A stretch of DNA of 55,067 bases, filler included, from Trypethelium eluteriae (lineage: Eukaryota), in NCBI GenBank assembly GCA_051942245.1. It is 2 parts of 2 records of this genome, joined end to end, with 100 filler letters (N's around TTAATTAATTAA, not from the genome) between each part and the next. Parts side by side here need not be neighbours in the genome. Positions count along the whole stretch, not along the records: positions 27,593 to 55,067 come from JAVECL010000335.1; 1 more part is not named here. One strand, 5' to 3'. Made by a program: the position numbers and the translations under genes. The notes under the pieces were generated by a model. That model worked only from the letters and a program-made list of their open reading frames with translations, was not told where the DNA came from and did no database searches. Shown in pieces: positions 33,995 to 47,200 of this stretch (position 1 is its first letter; the number at the start of each line of letters is the position of its first letter).

Positions 33995-36379
33995 CTATCT
34001 GCTGTTAGCATACTCGGGCTTATAGCTTTGAGCTCCTCCCTTCGTTAGTTCACGGAGCGCCATAGTAGCATATTGGCTTGATCCCAATTGCAGCTTGAGA
34101 ATCACGGCGACCTTATCACCGCCTGCTTTCTTGTCCTCAGACTCATTCGATTCTCCATTCCCAAAATCATCCTCATCCATACCGGAGCTGACCCTCTCAA
34201 CCTTTTCCGGTCTGTCTATGTGCTTGTCTAAATCCGTCTCCACAAGCTGCTCCTCCGGGTCACTATACCTTCGCACTTCCCACTTCACGCCCTCCAATGG
34301 TCTCGCCATTAGCTTTCTGTAGTCACCACTAAGACTGGTGTCTTTCCATGATCTCCGCATATTATAGGGGTCTAATCCTCCACCCCTCTCGCTACCCATA
34401 AAATCCTTGTAAAACGCTCCGATAGCGTTAGAAGGGTATTCGACATCAAAGCCAGGAAGCGGAAGAACGACATCAAAGATATCGTAATTTCCACTTTCTA
34501 CTTCTGTTTGTGACAGGGGACGCGCACGGGTAAAGTTCTCGGAAGTATTGCCCGCGGAGTCTTCTGCGGTTGGCTTGATGATGATTTCGCCTGCGTCATC
34601 GACTTCCATGTCGTCTTCAGCTTCACCATTAGGTTTACTTTTACGCTGTTCTTTCTCTTTTTCGCCCACAATGACGAGGTCGCCGGCCACTGCATTCAAG
34701 CCGAACAACTCGAGTCGCTTCCCAGCGACAGCATTCCAGACAAACGACTGGTATGCGTGAGTGTACATCAATCGCAGGTTTCTCGGAATTTGACTAAGTG
34801 CACCCTGGAAGTCTCTTGTCCTATTCGTTTGACCAGTCTTCTTGTCCCGGAATCCAAGGTGCTTGATGATCGATGACTCGGCACTGAACCGCCTTGGGAG
34901 CTTCTCCAGCGCGCGTCGACTATCTCGTTGAGTAGCCCAAATGTGTAGTGCTTCTGTGCGCTGCAAATCGTCGCTCGAGATAAGTCCTCTTAACGCGGAG
35001 TTATCGTGGTCTAAATTAGCCGAGTTGTAATCTAGAAGGAGATCAACTGCGCCTTCGAAGTTTCCTTGAAGAATCTTAAGCCCAATGGTCCCTGTACCGT
35101 GCGTAAAAGTTCCGAAGCGTTGTAAACCGTAATAGTTAATCCAACCTTTCACTTCGAATTCTTTTACTCGCCTCCCCACTATCTCTTCCAACCCTGCCAT
35201 TCTCCTTTCGACATCTGGATTTTCTCCAGCGGAAAGTCGACAGTCCCGCAGAACAATCGTAAATTCATTTCCACCTAGGTCTCCAAGGTCCAGTCCACTC
35301 GCTTGGTACTCAAAGTCTCCCACTCGTGCAGAGTACAGCCTCTTATTCAGTGCTGCCAAAGCATCACGATGAACGCGATGACCGCTCACACGCTGCACAG
35401 TGACTCCTCGACGGTCCTTGGTCCCGGCAAAGTTGAAATACTTAGGATTCAACTTCAGCTGAAGTGCAATGAAGTTTACAGTCTCCATAGTGTCTTTGTT
35501 CTCCTTCGCCAGGGAGAAGTGTAGATATTCTCCTCCAAGTTGATCCCAGGCAACTTTGCCTCGGCCCTGAACCTGTAGAGCCTTTCCATCAGCCGTGTGA
35601 GTAGGAGCGCTGCGTGCATTGCTACGAGGGTTTGGTTTGCTAGCTGCAATGATCTTGATGCATCCATTTGTGTTGTCTGTCTTGGATTCGAGACGAGACT
35701 CAAATATACGTCGCAGGGCTTGATGAGCTTCAGTGCGTTGAAGGCGGTCCGTCATCGGTGATGAATTGACGGGAGTGAAATCGCGTGATTTCCAATGTGG
35801 GTGCTTGAGGACTTTCTTGTGGAGCGCAAGTAGAGCGTCGACGATTTCTTGTCCAAAGATAGATTTGAGTAGTTCCGAGTCTTCCGTGTTGAGGGCAAAT
35901 TCACCTTCTTTGCTTTCTACACTCGCAGTGTCTTGTGTATTGACATCAGGAGAAATGTCGGATCTAGCCGCCGCCTGCTCTTCGTTACTCTCTTTCAAAC
36001 GCCTCTTTTGTATATGTTTCATCGATTCAACCGGAGCCGTTTGGCCATTGACCTCCTCCACGTCCTTGCCGGCGGGAAGCTCAACCTTCCGAAGATGTAC
36101 AACTTGGCCATTTGGAAGAATCTCGTTTACAAGGAAATCGGTGTACCTAAAAAATTAAGTCAGAAGAACAGTTCAAGGATGCAATGGATTGTGCGATTAC
36201 CTCTGCTTGAAGATTCCCGTAAAGCCAGGAGCATCAGTCACAACAAATCGGTCAATTCCAACTCTGGCTTCTTTCTCTCGCTCATCGCTATTCACTTGAG
36301 CGGTGCGTTGTAAGGACTCATCGTAGCCTTCAGGAGCGGATAATCTCGCACGCTTAGGCGGGTGTTCATCGTCGTCCAT
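33995..36379 (-). CDS. PUS7: Multisubstrate pseudouridine synthase 7 (TruD family), 2 exons
   Basis: GFTGIFKQR/YTDFLVNEI, YLHFSLAKENKDTME, FAGTKDRRGVTVQ (catalytic Asp), GNEFTIVLR, INYYGLQRFG, HAYQSFVWN, YATMALREL. Confidence 0.95.
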
Positions 36380-37307
36380 CGTCAAATCAAAAACGATAGG
36401 ACTCTATGAAGTTAAGGACTGGTGAAAAAATAATTGTGCTAAAATTGTGTTAGAGCAACTATGCGCGGTAATTAGGGTCTTTTCCCTCGCCGATATCTTA
36501 GGCAGATGCACCTCCTCACAATATTGGATTTTTTAGGGCAAAATTGATCTACCGATAAGTTGCCTTAGGTACCTACCTAGCCTTTGGTTCTGGGCTTTTT
36601 GTGAGGTGACTGTGACAGAAACTTAACTGTGTGTGACTGGTTTTCGTAGGTAAACAGATGACGTCACGTTCGCAGTCTTCGACCCTCGAGGGCAATTGTG
36701 GTGAATTTCAGGGAAGACTTCTCTATTTCGTCAAGTTTGCACCGAGTACTCTAGGTAGCTCAGATCATCTGCACAACTCACTTTGTGAGTCCCTCAATCA
36801 CATGACCAAAGTTCATCTCGTTAATGCCAGCTTCGTGTAGCTTGTGGGGACTAGTCATTTGAATAGAGACGGTTCATACTCGAGAGATATGGGAAGCAAG
36901 TAGATCTGGCGGATCCATGTCCTCGCGTTGTAATCTTGTTATCTTAAACGAGATTCGTTTATTCTAATTGGCACGTCGAATATTATTAGCGGAACTAGAA
37001 ATTAATTAACCTTTTCGATAAGCGACCAAAATTTTAATGTTTCGTGCTCCTTGGCTAATGGATCACTCTTCTCACCCAATCTGGAAAGACTTACTAACGA
37101 AGGCACCATATTTAAATACATATTCTGCACACTCCTTACCGCTAGCCATTTTATGATCCTTCATGTCGGACTCTTCCTTCGCCCTCATAAATCCTAACGT
37201 TGCATGGCTCATGAATCTCATGGACCTACGCACGAGGTGGAGTGCGATCATTCAGTGACGTTGACTCTACAAAGACAAAGACACAAATCCATAGAAGTCG
37301 TAACACT

Positions 37308-37405
37308 CGAGGAGAATGATGAGAATTGAGTTGAACTGGTAGAGAAATGTTCACCAGATTCGGAATTGCCGGCTAATGGGCGATTCTTCACTTTCTGACT
37401 CCACG
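37308..37405 (+). ncRNA. Candidate box C/D snoRNA
   Basis: Box C ATGATGA at 37316-37322 and box D CTGA at 37395-37398. Terminal stem CG(A)GGAG / CTCC(A)CG gives canonical kink-turn spacing. The 11 nt before box D (TTCTTCACTTT) are complementary to the conserved LSU rRNA sequence AAAGUGAAGAA. Confidence 0.55.
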
Positions 37406-37653
37406 TTACCGTTACATTCCACATATTGTACATGACCGATGAAGAAATGAGAAAGAAAATAGGGGTTTCATACACCTACGATCCTATATAGTAATACTCA
37501 TACTCACATGACCTTGTGAAGAGCAGACATGCACCTATTCGCTACAGCAAGCATCAGTAACCCGACTTGCTGACCTAACATCCATAATATTCACTGAAGG
37601 TCCTCGAAAAGCGTCTTCCTATCCTAAACTAACTCACAAGACTCAGATTGTAC

Positions 37654-39376
37654 TCAGTATTCCGTCCACTCGCCAGACAACCACCTATTGAACATGTCGA
37701 GACTTGCGACGGGCTGGTCGTGGGGCACCATATGTCCACCAGCATGAATCGTAATGAACGAGAAGTTACCAGCCGCCTTCGCCAATCCAATGGTATCTCC
37801 AGCTTTCACGCTATCCTTCTCATTCGGAATGGCAGACTTAGAAAGCTTCAAGTCATCCAAAGGTGCTTTGTTGAATGCCTTCTTGCCCGGCCACTCAAGC
37901 GCCTCCGTCCACCCATGGTTTCCAAGCCAATTGCAAATGTAATCCGCATCACCCGCATAGATCAGCACCGGGATCTTCTCAAGTAGACCCGGGACCAGCC
38001 GGTGGAATGGCTGCATCCAGTCGCCCTGGAAGAGGAAATTCCTGTTGATATCGGTGTTGCAACCTTCATAGTTATCTACCTCTGCGCCAAGCGCACTCTT
38101 GACAGCTGGCTGGTTGAGCCAGTCGCTTATGTAGTCAAGCTCCTCGTAGCAGAGCGGGTTGTCGCCGCACTTAACACGGACATCGTACGGGTTAAGCCCT
38201 GTGCGCTGGTATGGGCCGATCATGGCATTGTTGCAGTAGATGCTGGCTGGAACGCAGGACCAAACGGAGCCGCTGTCGTAGCAGGACTGGATAAGGGAGG
38301 CGCAGCGTGGATAGGCGTTTTCCATCGACTGGCATTCAGAGTCGCTGAGCACAGCAGGCCAGTGCGAACCCTCGCCGCAGGCCATGGGCTTATAGTACTC
38401 GTATTGAGTGAGGCCGTCGGTAAGACCGTTGCCGATGAGGACGGATTGGAGGTTGATGTTGCGCTTGGAGTGAGAGAGGATCTCGCTGGCAAACACGGGA
38501 ATGTAGTGTCCAGCGTAGGACTCACCGGCAATGTGGAAGGGTTGCTTGGCATACTCAGGGAATTGCTTAAAGAAGAGAGTCATGAGGGCGTAAACATCCT
38601 TGCCTGCAGCTACAGTGTTCGAGACAGAGCTGCTGCTATAAGAGAAGCCGACGTTGACGGGCTGGTCGAGGAAGATCACCGACGCATTGGCATTCCAAGA
38701 GGACGGATTGTAGACTGTTTTCCGGCCTTTGTTGATGAAGGAGGGACCGAGCTCCATGAAGAGACCTGTAAGAGACGAACAGCCTGGACCGCCGTTGAGC
38801 CAAAGCACAACAGGGTCATTTTCAGGGTCGTTTCGGGACTCAAAGAACCCTAGGAAGCTAATTAGTATTTGCTGTTTGATGAACGGATGTTTTGAAATGC
38901 CCACAGTAGAACAGATGCTTGTCGTTCTCCTCGTCATCCAGGTATCCACTGTATTGCTTTACGGTATCAACCCCGAGACTACCAGGATCAACCTTCTTCG
39001 TCCTCAAATTGTAGGTCTCGAGCTTTCCTCCGACATCCCTCTCTTTGTCTCCCTGAGCATTTGTTACCCAGACGTTCTGAACTTCTTTGCCACTCATGAT
39101 GTAGTCCCATTCGGTATCTGGCTTCCTCGTGTGCGGCGTAGGAGATGAGAAGAAGCTCGACTTGTCAAATGATTCAGGGAACATCATAGCCATCTCATCC
39201 CAGAGCTGACGCGCTTCGCCTGTCAATGATTTGAGCGACTTCTGGAAGTCTTGGAGTGGCTGTGACCAAGATGAGACCATATCGGCCAGAGGCGTGGGCG
39301 CTTTCAATATCTGCTGCTCAGGCGCAACAGCAGCGGATGCTGCTCCAAAGAGCATGGTTGATGTAGCGACTTTCAT
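37654..39376 (-). CDS. cpyA: Vacuolar serine carboxypeptidase Y (S10), 2 exons
   Basis: Signal peptide and propeptide, [41 protein letters not shown] (catalytic Ser), [24 protein letters not shown]. Confidence 0.96.
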
Positions 39377-39812
39377 GATTATGAAACTGATAGCTTGAGC
39401 AGCTATCGAGCTGGGGGAAATGCTTGATAGTACAGCGCCCTTGCTTTAGAGCGGCTTAAACAAGCTCCAAGACGAACGATAGAATGTAAATGTCGTTTGT
39501 GAATGTACAAAATGAAGAGAGAGCTTTGGCTGAGTGAAATAGATGGAAGAATAAAGATAATGAAGGGGGCGCGTGATGGAGGATTGGCTATGTTGGTAAA
39601 AGCAGACGATAAGTAGGCGTCAAGGTCGACCCGGTGACGCTGATGATGGCGTGGGCGGGTGCCTGCCTGACACACCTTTAGCAGCTCCTTATCACCGCTT
39701 TACCTATCGCGGATTAGTGTCAAACGGCCCGAAATGTGACGCATGCCGCTCTATTTTTTGAGACTTTGTGCAAAGAAATCTGCAAGAAGCCAAAATAATC
39801 GTTTCGTCCAAG

Positions 39813-40860
39813 ATGCCGCAGAACATCAACCAGGTATGACTTACGAGAACTTCATACTCAGGAGCACCAAGCTGACGATCATCTAGCCATCGAATCAAAT
39901 TAAACTTACCAATGTCTCTCTTGTGCGCATGAAAAAGGGTAGGATATCCGAGAGTCTCGCTATTGGGGAACACTGGGCTGAACAGTGAGACCAGGGAAAA
40001 AGCGCTTTGAAATACCATGCTACAAGAATAAAGTCCTCGAGTGGCGCTCTGGTGTCGAGAAAGATCTCGATAACGTGCTACAAATCCCTAATGTCTTCTT
40101 GAACGTCTCCAAAGGCCAGGTCGCCCCGCATGACGACCTCAAGAAGGCCTTTGGCCATACCAAAGTCGACGAGATAGTCCTGGAGATACTCAACAAGGGC
40201 GAGCTGCAAGTGGGCGAGAAGGAGCGGAGTGCACAACTCGAGCGCGTCAACCGGGAAGTTGTGGATATCGTGGCGGGGAAGCTCGTGGATCCAAAGAGCA
40301 AAAGAGTGTATACGACAGGAATGATCGAAAAAGCACTGGATCAACTAAGCACACAGTCTGCACAACAGCACGAGCACAAGTCGCACGCGTCAGGAACAGC
40401 GACGCCAACAAAGGATGGCGAAGCGAATGGTGCCAAGCCAACCGAGGCGGCAAAAGCGCTGCCGAAGTGGACGGGAGTTACGACTACGAAGAGTGCGAAG
40501 AGCCAGGCATTAGAGGCGATGAAGGCGCTTATTGCGCATCAGCCGATACCTGTAGCGAGAGCGCGGATGAGGCTCCGGATTACCTGCCCAACCCAGATTT
40601 TAAAGCAGACGATCAAAGCTGCGCCGAAGAAGGATGTCACGGACGAAGCAGCTGAGGAACAAAAGGGTACTGTCAAAGATCGAATATTAGGCTATGTAGA
40701 GCAAGTTGAAAACCAAGACGTCGTAGGAGAGGAATGGGAGGTGGTGGGATTCGTCGAGCCGGGAGCATACAAGAGCTTGATGGATTTGATTGGGACACAA
40801 ACGAAAGGACGAGCCAGAGCAGAAGTCTTAGATATGGCTGTAGTCCATGATGGAGATTGA
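39813..40860 (+). CDS. SDO1: Ribosome maturation factor Sdo1/SBDS, 3 exons
   Basis: MPQNINQ / PSNQIKLTNVSLVRMKK / GKKRFEIPCYKNKV.EWRSGVEKDLDNVLQ...GELQVGEKER...KSAKSQALEAMK...PVARARMRL. Confidence 0.96.
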
Positions 40861-41151
40861 ATATTCTCTCCTTTGGCTCTTGCCTTTTCATTCTTCTCTA
40901 GGTTGATTTGATCTTGCGCTTCAGCGTGGAATAGGTGTCACTATCTGCACATAGGTTTTCTTCGATTTCGAGTAGCGGATCACGTCGTGGGATAGACGAC
41001 AGTTTTATGACATGAAAAGCATTGATTGGTTCCACTAAGATAAACCTTGCACCGTGACTGTCAAAGCACTTCGCTCAGCAGCAATTCGGATTGACAGCAG
41101 TGCAATTGAATCATTCCGTAACCCACACTCACCCAACCGTATCGCACAGTT

Positions 41152-41881
41152 TCAGCCCTTCTTCTTGCTGACACCGACAGTCCTACCTCTCCTACCCGTC
41201 GTCTTCGAGTGCTGACCCCTCACGCGTAAGCCCCAGTAGTGCCTCAGACCCCGATGTGCCCGAATCTTCTTCAGCCTCTCCAAGTCATCACGTAGCTTCG
41301 AATCAACACCGTTCGCCAGCACCTGCTGATCCTTGCCATCGACAATGTCTCGTTGACGATTCAAAAACCAAGTCGGCACTTTGAAGTCCGTGGGATTTTG
41401 AATGATCGTCACAATTCGCCTGATTTTTTGATTAATGTTTTATTGCTTTCCGGACATGATTCCATTTGTGATTTCTTACTCGAGTTCTTCGCTGGTGAGC
41501 TCGCTGAGATTTTGGAAGTTAGTCGACTCTTGAAATGGGACAAATAATCGGTCATAAAAGGAAAAGTGGTCCTAACCCAGCGCTGTCACAATGCATTAGT
41601 TGTGGACAAAGTTTAAGATAATGGAGAGGGGAGATACCGCTTATTGAGGTCGACATCGGCCTTCTTGCAGACCAAATTGCTGTACCGGCGCCCGACACCT
41701 TTGATCCGAGTTAAGGCATACATGACCTTTTGCTTGCCATCGACGTTGGTGTTGAGCAGACGTAAGATCTAGTAGCAATCCAGTCAGCATCTGTGGGCAG
41801 CACCAAAACAGTAAAATCGATTGAGCGATGAGAGGTGCCTACAAATTGAAAGTTAGATTTCTCTCCTGTTACGAGCGACAT
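41152..41881 (-). CDS. RPS18: 40S ribosomal protein S18 (uS13), 5 exons including 6-nt and 24-nt exons
   Basis: [13 protein letters not shown] / [44 protein letters not shown] / AG / ELTSEELE / RIVTIIQNP...[34 protein letters not shown]. Confidence 0.97.
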
Positions 41882-42099
41882 GTTGGGCGATGGGATTTGA
41901 TTGTCGCTCGCCGTGAAGCCCTTGGAATTCAAGACGACTGGAGAATGCGGGAGTCGCAATTTGGTGCGTTCACGTGCTCGCTTAGATTATGCGGTCCCGG
42001 CAATACCTCGGAACCCAGTAACAAAGACAAACACCAGATTGGACAGTGAACATAAAAGACGCCCCATTATTATTGTATCCCGTGTCCAAAAGTGTGACG

Positions 42100-43342
42100 C
42101 GCCATACGACGTACTGGAACTCTAATTTCGGGGACTGTTAGAGAGCGTACTAGCGTGCTCGTTGTGGGCGAAGTGCAACCTCACGCGCTCGAGAAGGACC
42201 GCGCAATCTTGTCAAATACTGATTCCAAATTTCTATTCGATTTTATTAAGCTGAGTATTTTTGCATCATGGCTGTGTCTGTCGTCTTCGCCGATCAAAGG
42301 TTTGGCTCCAATGGGCGCTGCATCAGAGAATTCCAAGGTCCATCAGTATTTTGCTAGGAGAGCGCCCATATGCCTCGTTACCTTTATTATGATGCTCTAA
42401 CCACCCTGGTTGTATAGGGGCGCTAATCTTTGCGTAGCCAACATTGTCTTCTCGGAGGATATGTCAATGTTCTCCTGATATTGACAATTCCGAAGGGACT
42501 TCGCAGGCTCGGTGCTCCAGTATTTCAAAACCGCCAGTTGGTCGATTTTTGACCTCCGTACGACAGGAACCCCTTCTTGGTAGCCTGGTAGCCTCCGGCA
42601 TCTGCGTGTGCGTCCGCCTAGCTATCGCTCCGCAAACAAGTCCGGACAGAAGCCCGTCAAACCCCTCGTCTAAGCCTATGCCCCTGCTATTTGGTAGGGG
42701 TGGAATAAAGTTCTGCGAGTCCGTGTCTGGCCGAATTTGACCAATATATGTGCCCGATTCCTCAAGAATGTCGGTTGGAGATAGGCTGTACGAAAATTAA
42801 GTATTGTGCCGCACCCCTTTCATGTGAATCTTGATCTTAGGTCCCACAAGCTCATCACACGCATCTAGAAGCCAACGAAGCGTGAAGAGTTGGCAGCAAC
42901 TTTGCGGGCCTGTAAAAAAGATTTGCAGGGAAGGGGGGAGGAGACAATGATCATTAGAACCTGGAGCGCTGATATTTTCCCAGACAAAAACCTCACACGA
43001 CAGTCCCTGGAGTAATGAGATGGGGCCAGATAGAAACCTGCGCAAATTGCACAAGTCGCTATGTTTTGACAACGGTCGAACGTTAATCATGTTATTCCTG
43101 AATGGTAGGCCATGCGAAAGAATCTCCTGGCACGTTCGTCGACAGGCGAATATGAGCGGTGATGCAATATCGCCATTCAGGGATGGCTTGCCGTTCGGCG
43201 ACTCATGAGATGGAACGTAATGAAGACCGTTCGGTTCCTTAAGCGCCCATCGAAAAGCCATCGAGCGCAGCTCGGGGGAAAGTTTGCTATATAAAGGCGA
43301 GGTATCCTGGGACTGAGTGCTTTCTTTGAATCGTACAGGCAT
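42100..43342 (-). pseudogene. Hypothetical gene with an F-box-like N-terminus, probably decayed
   Basis: ORF 42797-43342 starts with SQDTSPLYSKLSPELRSMAFRWAL and LIFACRRTCQE, typical of fungal F-box-like hypothetical proteins. Long open stretches continue past the TAA, broken by stops and frame changes. The 3' boundary is uncertain. Confidence 0.4.
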
Positions 43343-44202
43343 CTTGTCTGATGTCTAATACCTTTCCCAGGTAGCCCGGTGCCTACAAAGCGCTGTTTGA
43401 GATTTCAATGTTCACGCGTTGAACGCCGATCTGCGAAATTCTGTCGATGGCGATCGAGGAGTGAAACTCGAGCCACCAGATTTCGTATACTGCGACTGAG
43501 ATGTGTTGATGGGTCTATAGAAAATACAAAATGGGAAACCTGAGTGCGAAGTCTGAAAGCTGGACTTCGAAAATTAAAGTTGCTGACTTGGAAGCCCATC
43601 CACCCATATTGGAAAGTCCTAACCCCGCAAAAAGTAATTTGGCCGACATATCGACCTTCACAAGGTCTCGTCTCGTTAAGAATTGTATGTCACCTAACCT
43701 TTTGACGAGCTTTGAACGAAATGAGAATACAAGGAAGAGTTCAAAAGGCTAACCTGTAGAGTAGAAGATCCTGTTGCTTCTTTGTACCAGCGAGCAGCCC
43801 TTCAACAATTCTTTAAGCCTCAAGTGTCGGCGGTCCGCACCGGCGAGCTTTGCCACTCGCTGATTGGCGATGCGACAGCGGTTATGCCTCAGCCTTGCAG
43901 CGCCACCATGCACCATCCTTACAAAGCCTATGGCAGAATCCTGCCTTGCCCAGGAGATGAGATCATATGAAGACCTCCTCATCTACTTTCCACAGCCATA
44001 TCTCTAAATGATCTTCTGGCTTTGCCCGCTGATACCTCGTCGTCCAGTCGATCAACCTCCTTGTTTTCCTCCTTGGTCTTTCACATTCCATTGTGTCTCG
44101 CAAATTCGTAACGATCCTAGGGCATACTCTCTTTTGTCAAATAACATTGTTGGTCCGTAGACTTGTTCAAACGTACAAGCCCCGAGTCGTCATAAAGATA
44201 CT

Positions 44203-47200
44203 ATGAGTTCGCCGGCGCAAGAATGCCCTGATCAGCGCCAAAAGTTTTCGCCGTCTGCGACGAATTCCCAGCGCCAGTCTACTCCTAAGTCTACGGAAGA
44301 CACAGGAAGAACCGGTGTAACTCACTTCGATCCCCTATATGACTCTTCTGTTAGGGATCCAGATCGTAGCCAGCAATTCCATAGTCCTGATTATTTTCAT
44401 GGCTTCTCCAGTAAGACTGGCAACAGTTCAACTTCTGCCTCCGAACCTATCTTTGAAGAGAGCAAAGCTGGGTCAGAGTCAGATACCTCAGATGAACTGC
44501 TGGATTCATCGCCGGGTTTGCCGCATCAGGAACATTATCGAAAGCGGGAGGGCAAGGGTCGACAGCACGAGGAACAGCTTCAGGTGGAGAAAGAGCTTCA
44601 GGCGCAGAAGGACTTTCAGCTGCAGGAAGACTTTTTGGTGCAGAAAAAATTTCAGCTGATGAAAGACTTTCATACGATGAATGAGCTTCAGGTGAAGAAA
44701 GAGCTTCAACAGGTGGAGGAACAGCTTCGAGAGCTGATGGTTCAGTATGGAAAGCTTCTAGAGAAGGAAGAACAAAAGCGAGAGAGAAGGGGTCCACAGC
44801 AGCAGAAGATGACATTAAGGTGGAAGGATAAGGAACGAAGGCTTCGGATCCTACTGAAAAATTATTGCAAGCTGCAGGCCCAATTACGGAGGCTGGATGC
44901 ACACCATCAGATGTTGGGGCAACAGCTTTGGGAGCTGGATGGACAGCTCCCAAAACCTCGAAAGCTTCGAAAGGAGGAAAGGGATTACGAGCTGGAGGAA
45001 CGACATCGAAGGTTTCAAAAGTTGGGGGGATGGCTTAAAGGGCTTGTGGAGGAGCATTTCGAGCTGGGCCGACAGCTTCCAGAGCTGAAGGAATGGGCTC
45101 GAGAGCTGGAGGAGAAGGCTCGAGAGCTGGAGGAGAAGATTCAAGAGCTGGAGCGCGAGGAGATGGCTCAAGAGCTGATGGAACAGTATTGGAAGCGGGA
45201 ACGGCGGCAGTCGGGCAATCTGACAGAGCCTTCACCAGAAGGAACAAACACATCGGCATCAATGCCACCGTCTCCACAGCAAGAGGGAAAACTACGCGCC
45301 GCACATTCATCCCATCCCGAAGTCCACCAGTCTGCGGAAGAGCAAACCAAAAACTCAAACTCCAAACACAGGGTCGCACCTTCAGCGTCGTTTAGCAAGA
45401 GACCTACAAAGCCTGATGTGCCGCAATCATACGCATTGAGCCAGTCATCAACCAAGAGAATAAATGAGCAGGGGAAACTTTATCTTGAACAGGATGGCAA
45501 CTTTGAAGGAGTATCAGAATCCATACTAGGACCTCAAGCGACTACGGATACTTTACGGGGCCCTAGACGGCTTATGATTGAGCAAGAATCGGCTCAAGTC
45601 CCCGACGATGATGACGAAGGCGATATCGACACTGCTTTAGCAAAGCCAGAGAGGAAATATGAGGAAGGGAGCGCGGAGCTACAAAAAGCTTTGGATGTTG
45701 CCCAAAGCAGCAAAGGATCACTCGATCCTACGGTCTTGGCCGATTTAGAGAGAGACATAGAAAGTATCAGGAACCGGATCATGGAACAAATGGAGCCGTA
45801 CTTCTTGCCCGGAGATGGATTGTCCTTGTTCGACAAATATGGAGTACGCCCCGAACGAGATCGAATAGATTTAGCCATCTTCCGTGCAGCTATCGCAAGA
45901 TATGACAGATCAGCTACAGCGTCGTTCAGGACACCTGCTCGGTTTGCAGAGGTATTGACAGATGCTAAGAACAGCGAGGCACATGGGGTGCTGAGTGAAA
46001 GTATTGCAAATTCGCTTATCTCAAGGGAAGATACGGAAAGCGCGCGAGCTGGAACCGCCGTGCCCGGTGATCCTCAAGACATTTCTGAAAGCTCTGAACT
46101 GGATAGATCGCCAAATACAGACTTTAACACCGTATCTGCAAGGTCAAAGGCTGAGTCTATCCTGGTAAGGCCCTTGGGCATTTCCAAATATCGACAGCGA
46201 CCTACAAAAGAATTTAGATATGCCCTTTCTGATATAGTATTTGCTGTTGTCCTTGCCATGCGATGGCGGGACAGGGCTTCGCACCAATTGTTCGCATTGA
46301 GGAAGAGCCGGCGAATAGATCAAGACATAACACAATTGCGTCAAAGCCAAGAGAAAAACGAGTCAACAGTGAGCGAAAGTACTTTCGGGGATCCTCCAAA
46401 GACTGCAGAGCCGCAACTCGGAAGACTCTTGCAACTGAAATGGATATGTGCGTGTGGACAAAAGTTCGAAGAAGTAATGGAAGAGTTTATCCCCGGAACA
46501 GTCCAGGAATTGGCCTCGGAATTAGGTACTCCAGAAAGTAGCGTTATTAGTCTCTCACCGCTTTCTACATCTCAGTCTTCGTCGTCCGAAACACCACCCA
46601 CCTCAATTGAAAGCTCATCAAGGTTGCGCAGTTCTTACCGGGGCTCGGAGGACCTGGCAATTGATATCGATGATTCGAGAGACATCGCGTCAAATTCGCT
46701 TTCAACCCGGGTTCAGAAGTACATTCTTCTTTGTCTTTCGTCAAAGGGAATGGAAAGGTTAGAACATGCAGATATGTCATCAGCGAAGACAGACCGGTGC
46801 ATGTACACCGGATTTCACCGCTGCTATTTCTCTCCCGTACGACGGCTTATGCGCCTACTTACCTTACGTAAGCTCGACAGGATCGAATTCACAAGATTCC
46901 AACTGTACAATAAAGAAAATGTCGCCGTGGAAGCAGGGGATGTGGGCGCTCTTCCGCCAGAAAGGGCCCGAGACTATGAGTACGAGCGAAAGCGCCCCTA
47001 TCGACCGCTCATTCCCCTTACAGCCCTCAAACACTGGACTGAGAATCCTTCGCACGTGCACTCAAGACCCCTCCATATAAATCGTGTGCCGATGAAAATC
47101 AGCGGCCAGCTTCGTTGGTCTGAAGATGATGGTGGAGAGCTCGAGGGATGGGGTCTGCGCTTCAAGGAGACCATATCATGGGCAGCGGTCTGGATATCCG

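Noticed and set aside
38002..38853. 283-aa plus-strand ORF, and similar long antisense ORFs over the P450, NLR, orphan and oxidase genes
   Set aside because: Antisense shadows of codon-biased real genes, with no domain content.
44575..44718. CRISPR-like array
   Set aside because: These are contiguous in-frame coding repeats without spacers, in a eukaryotic gene.
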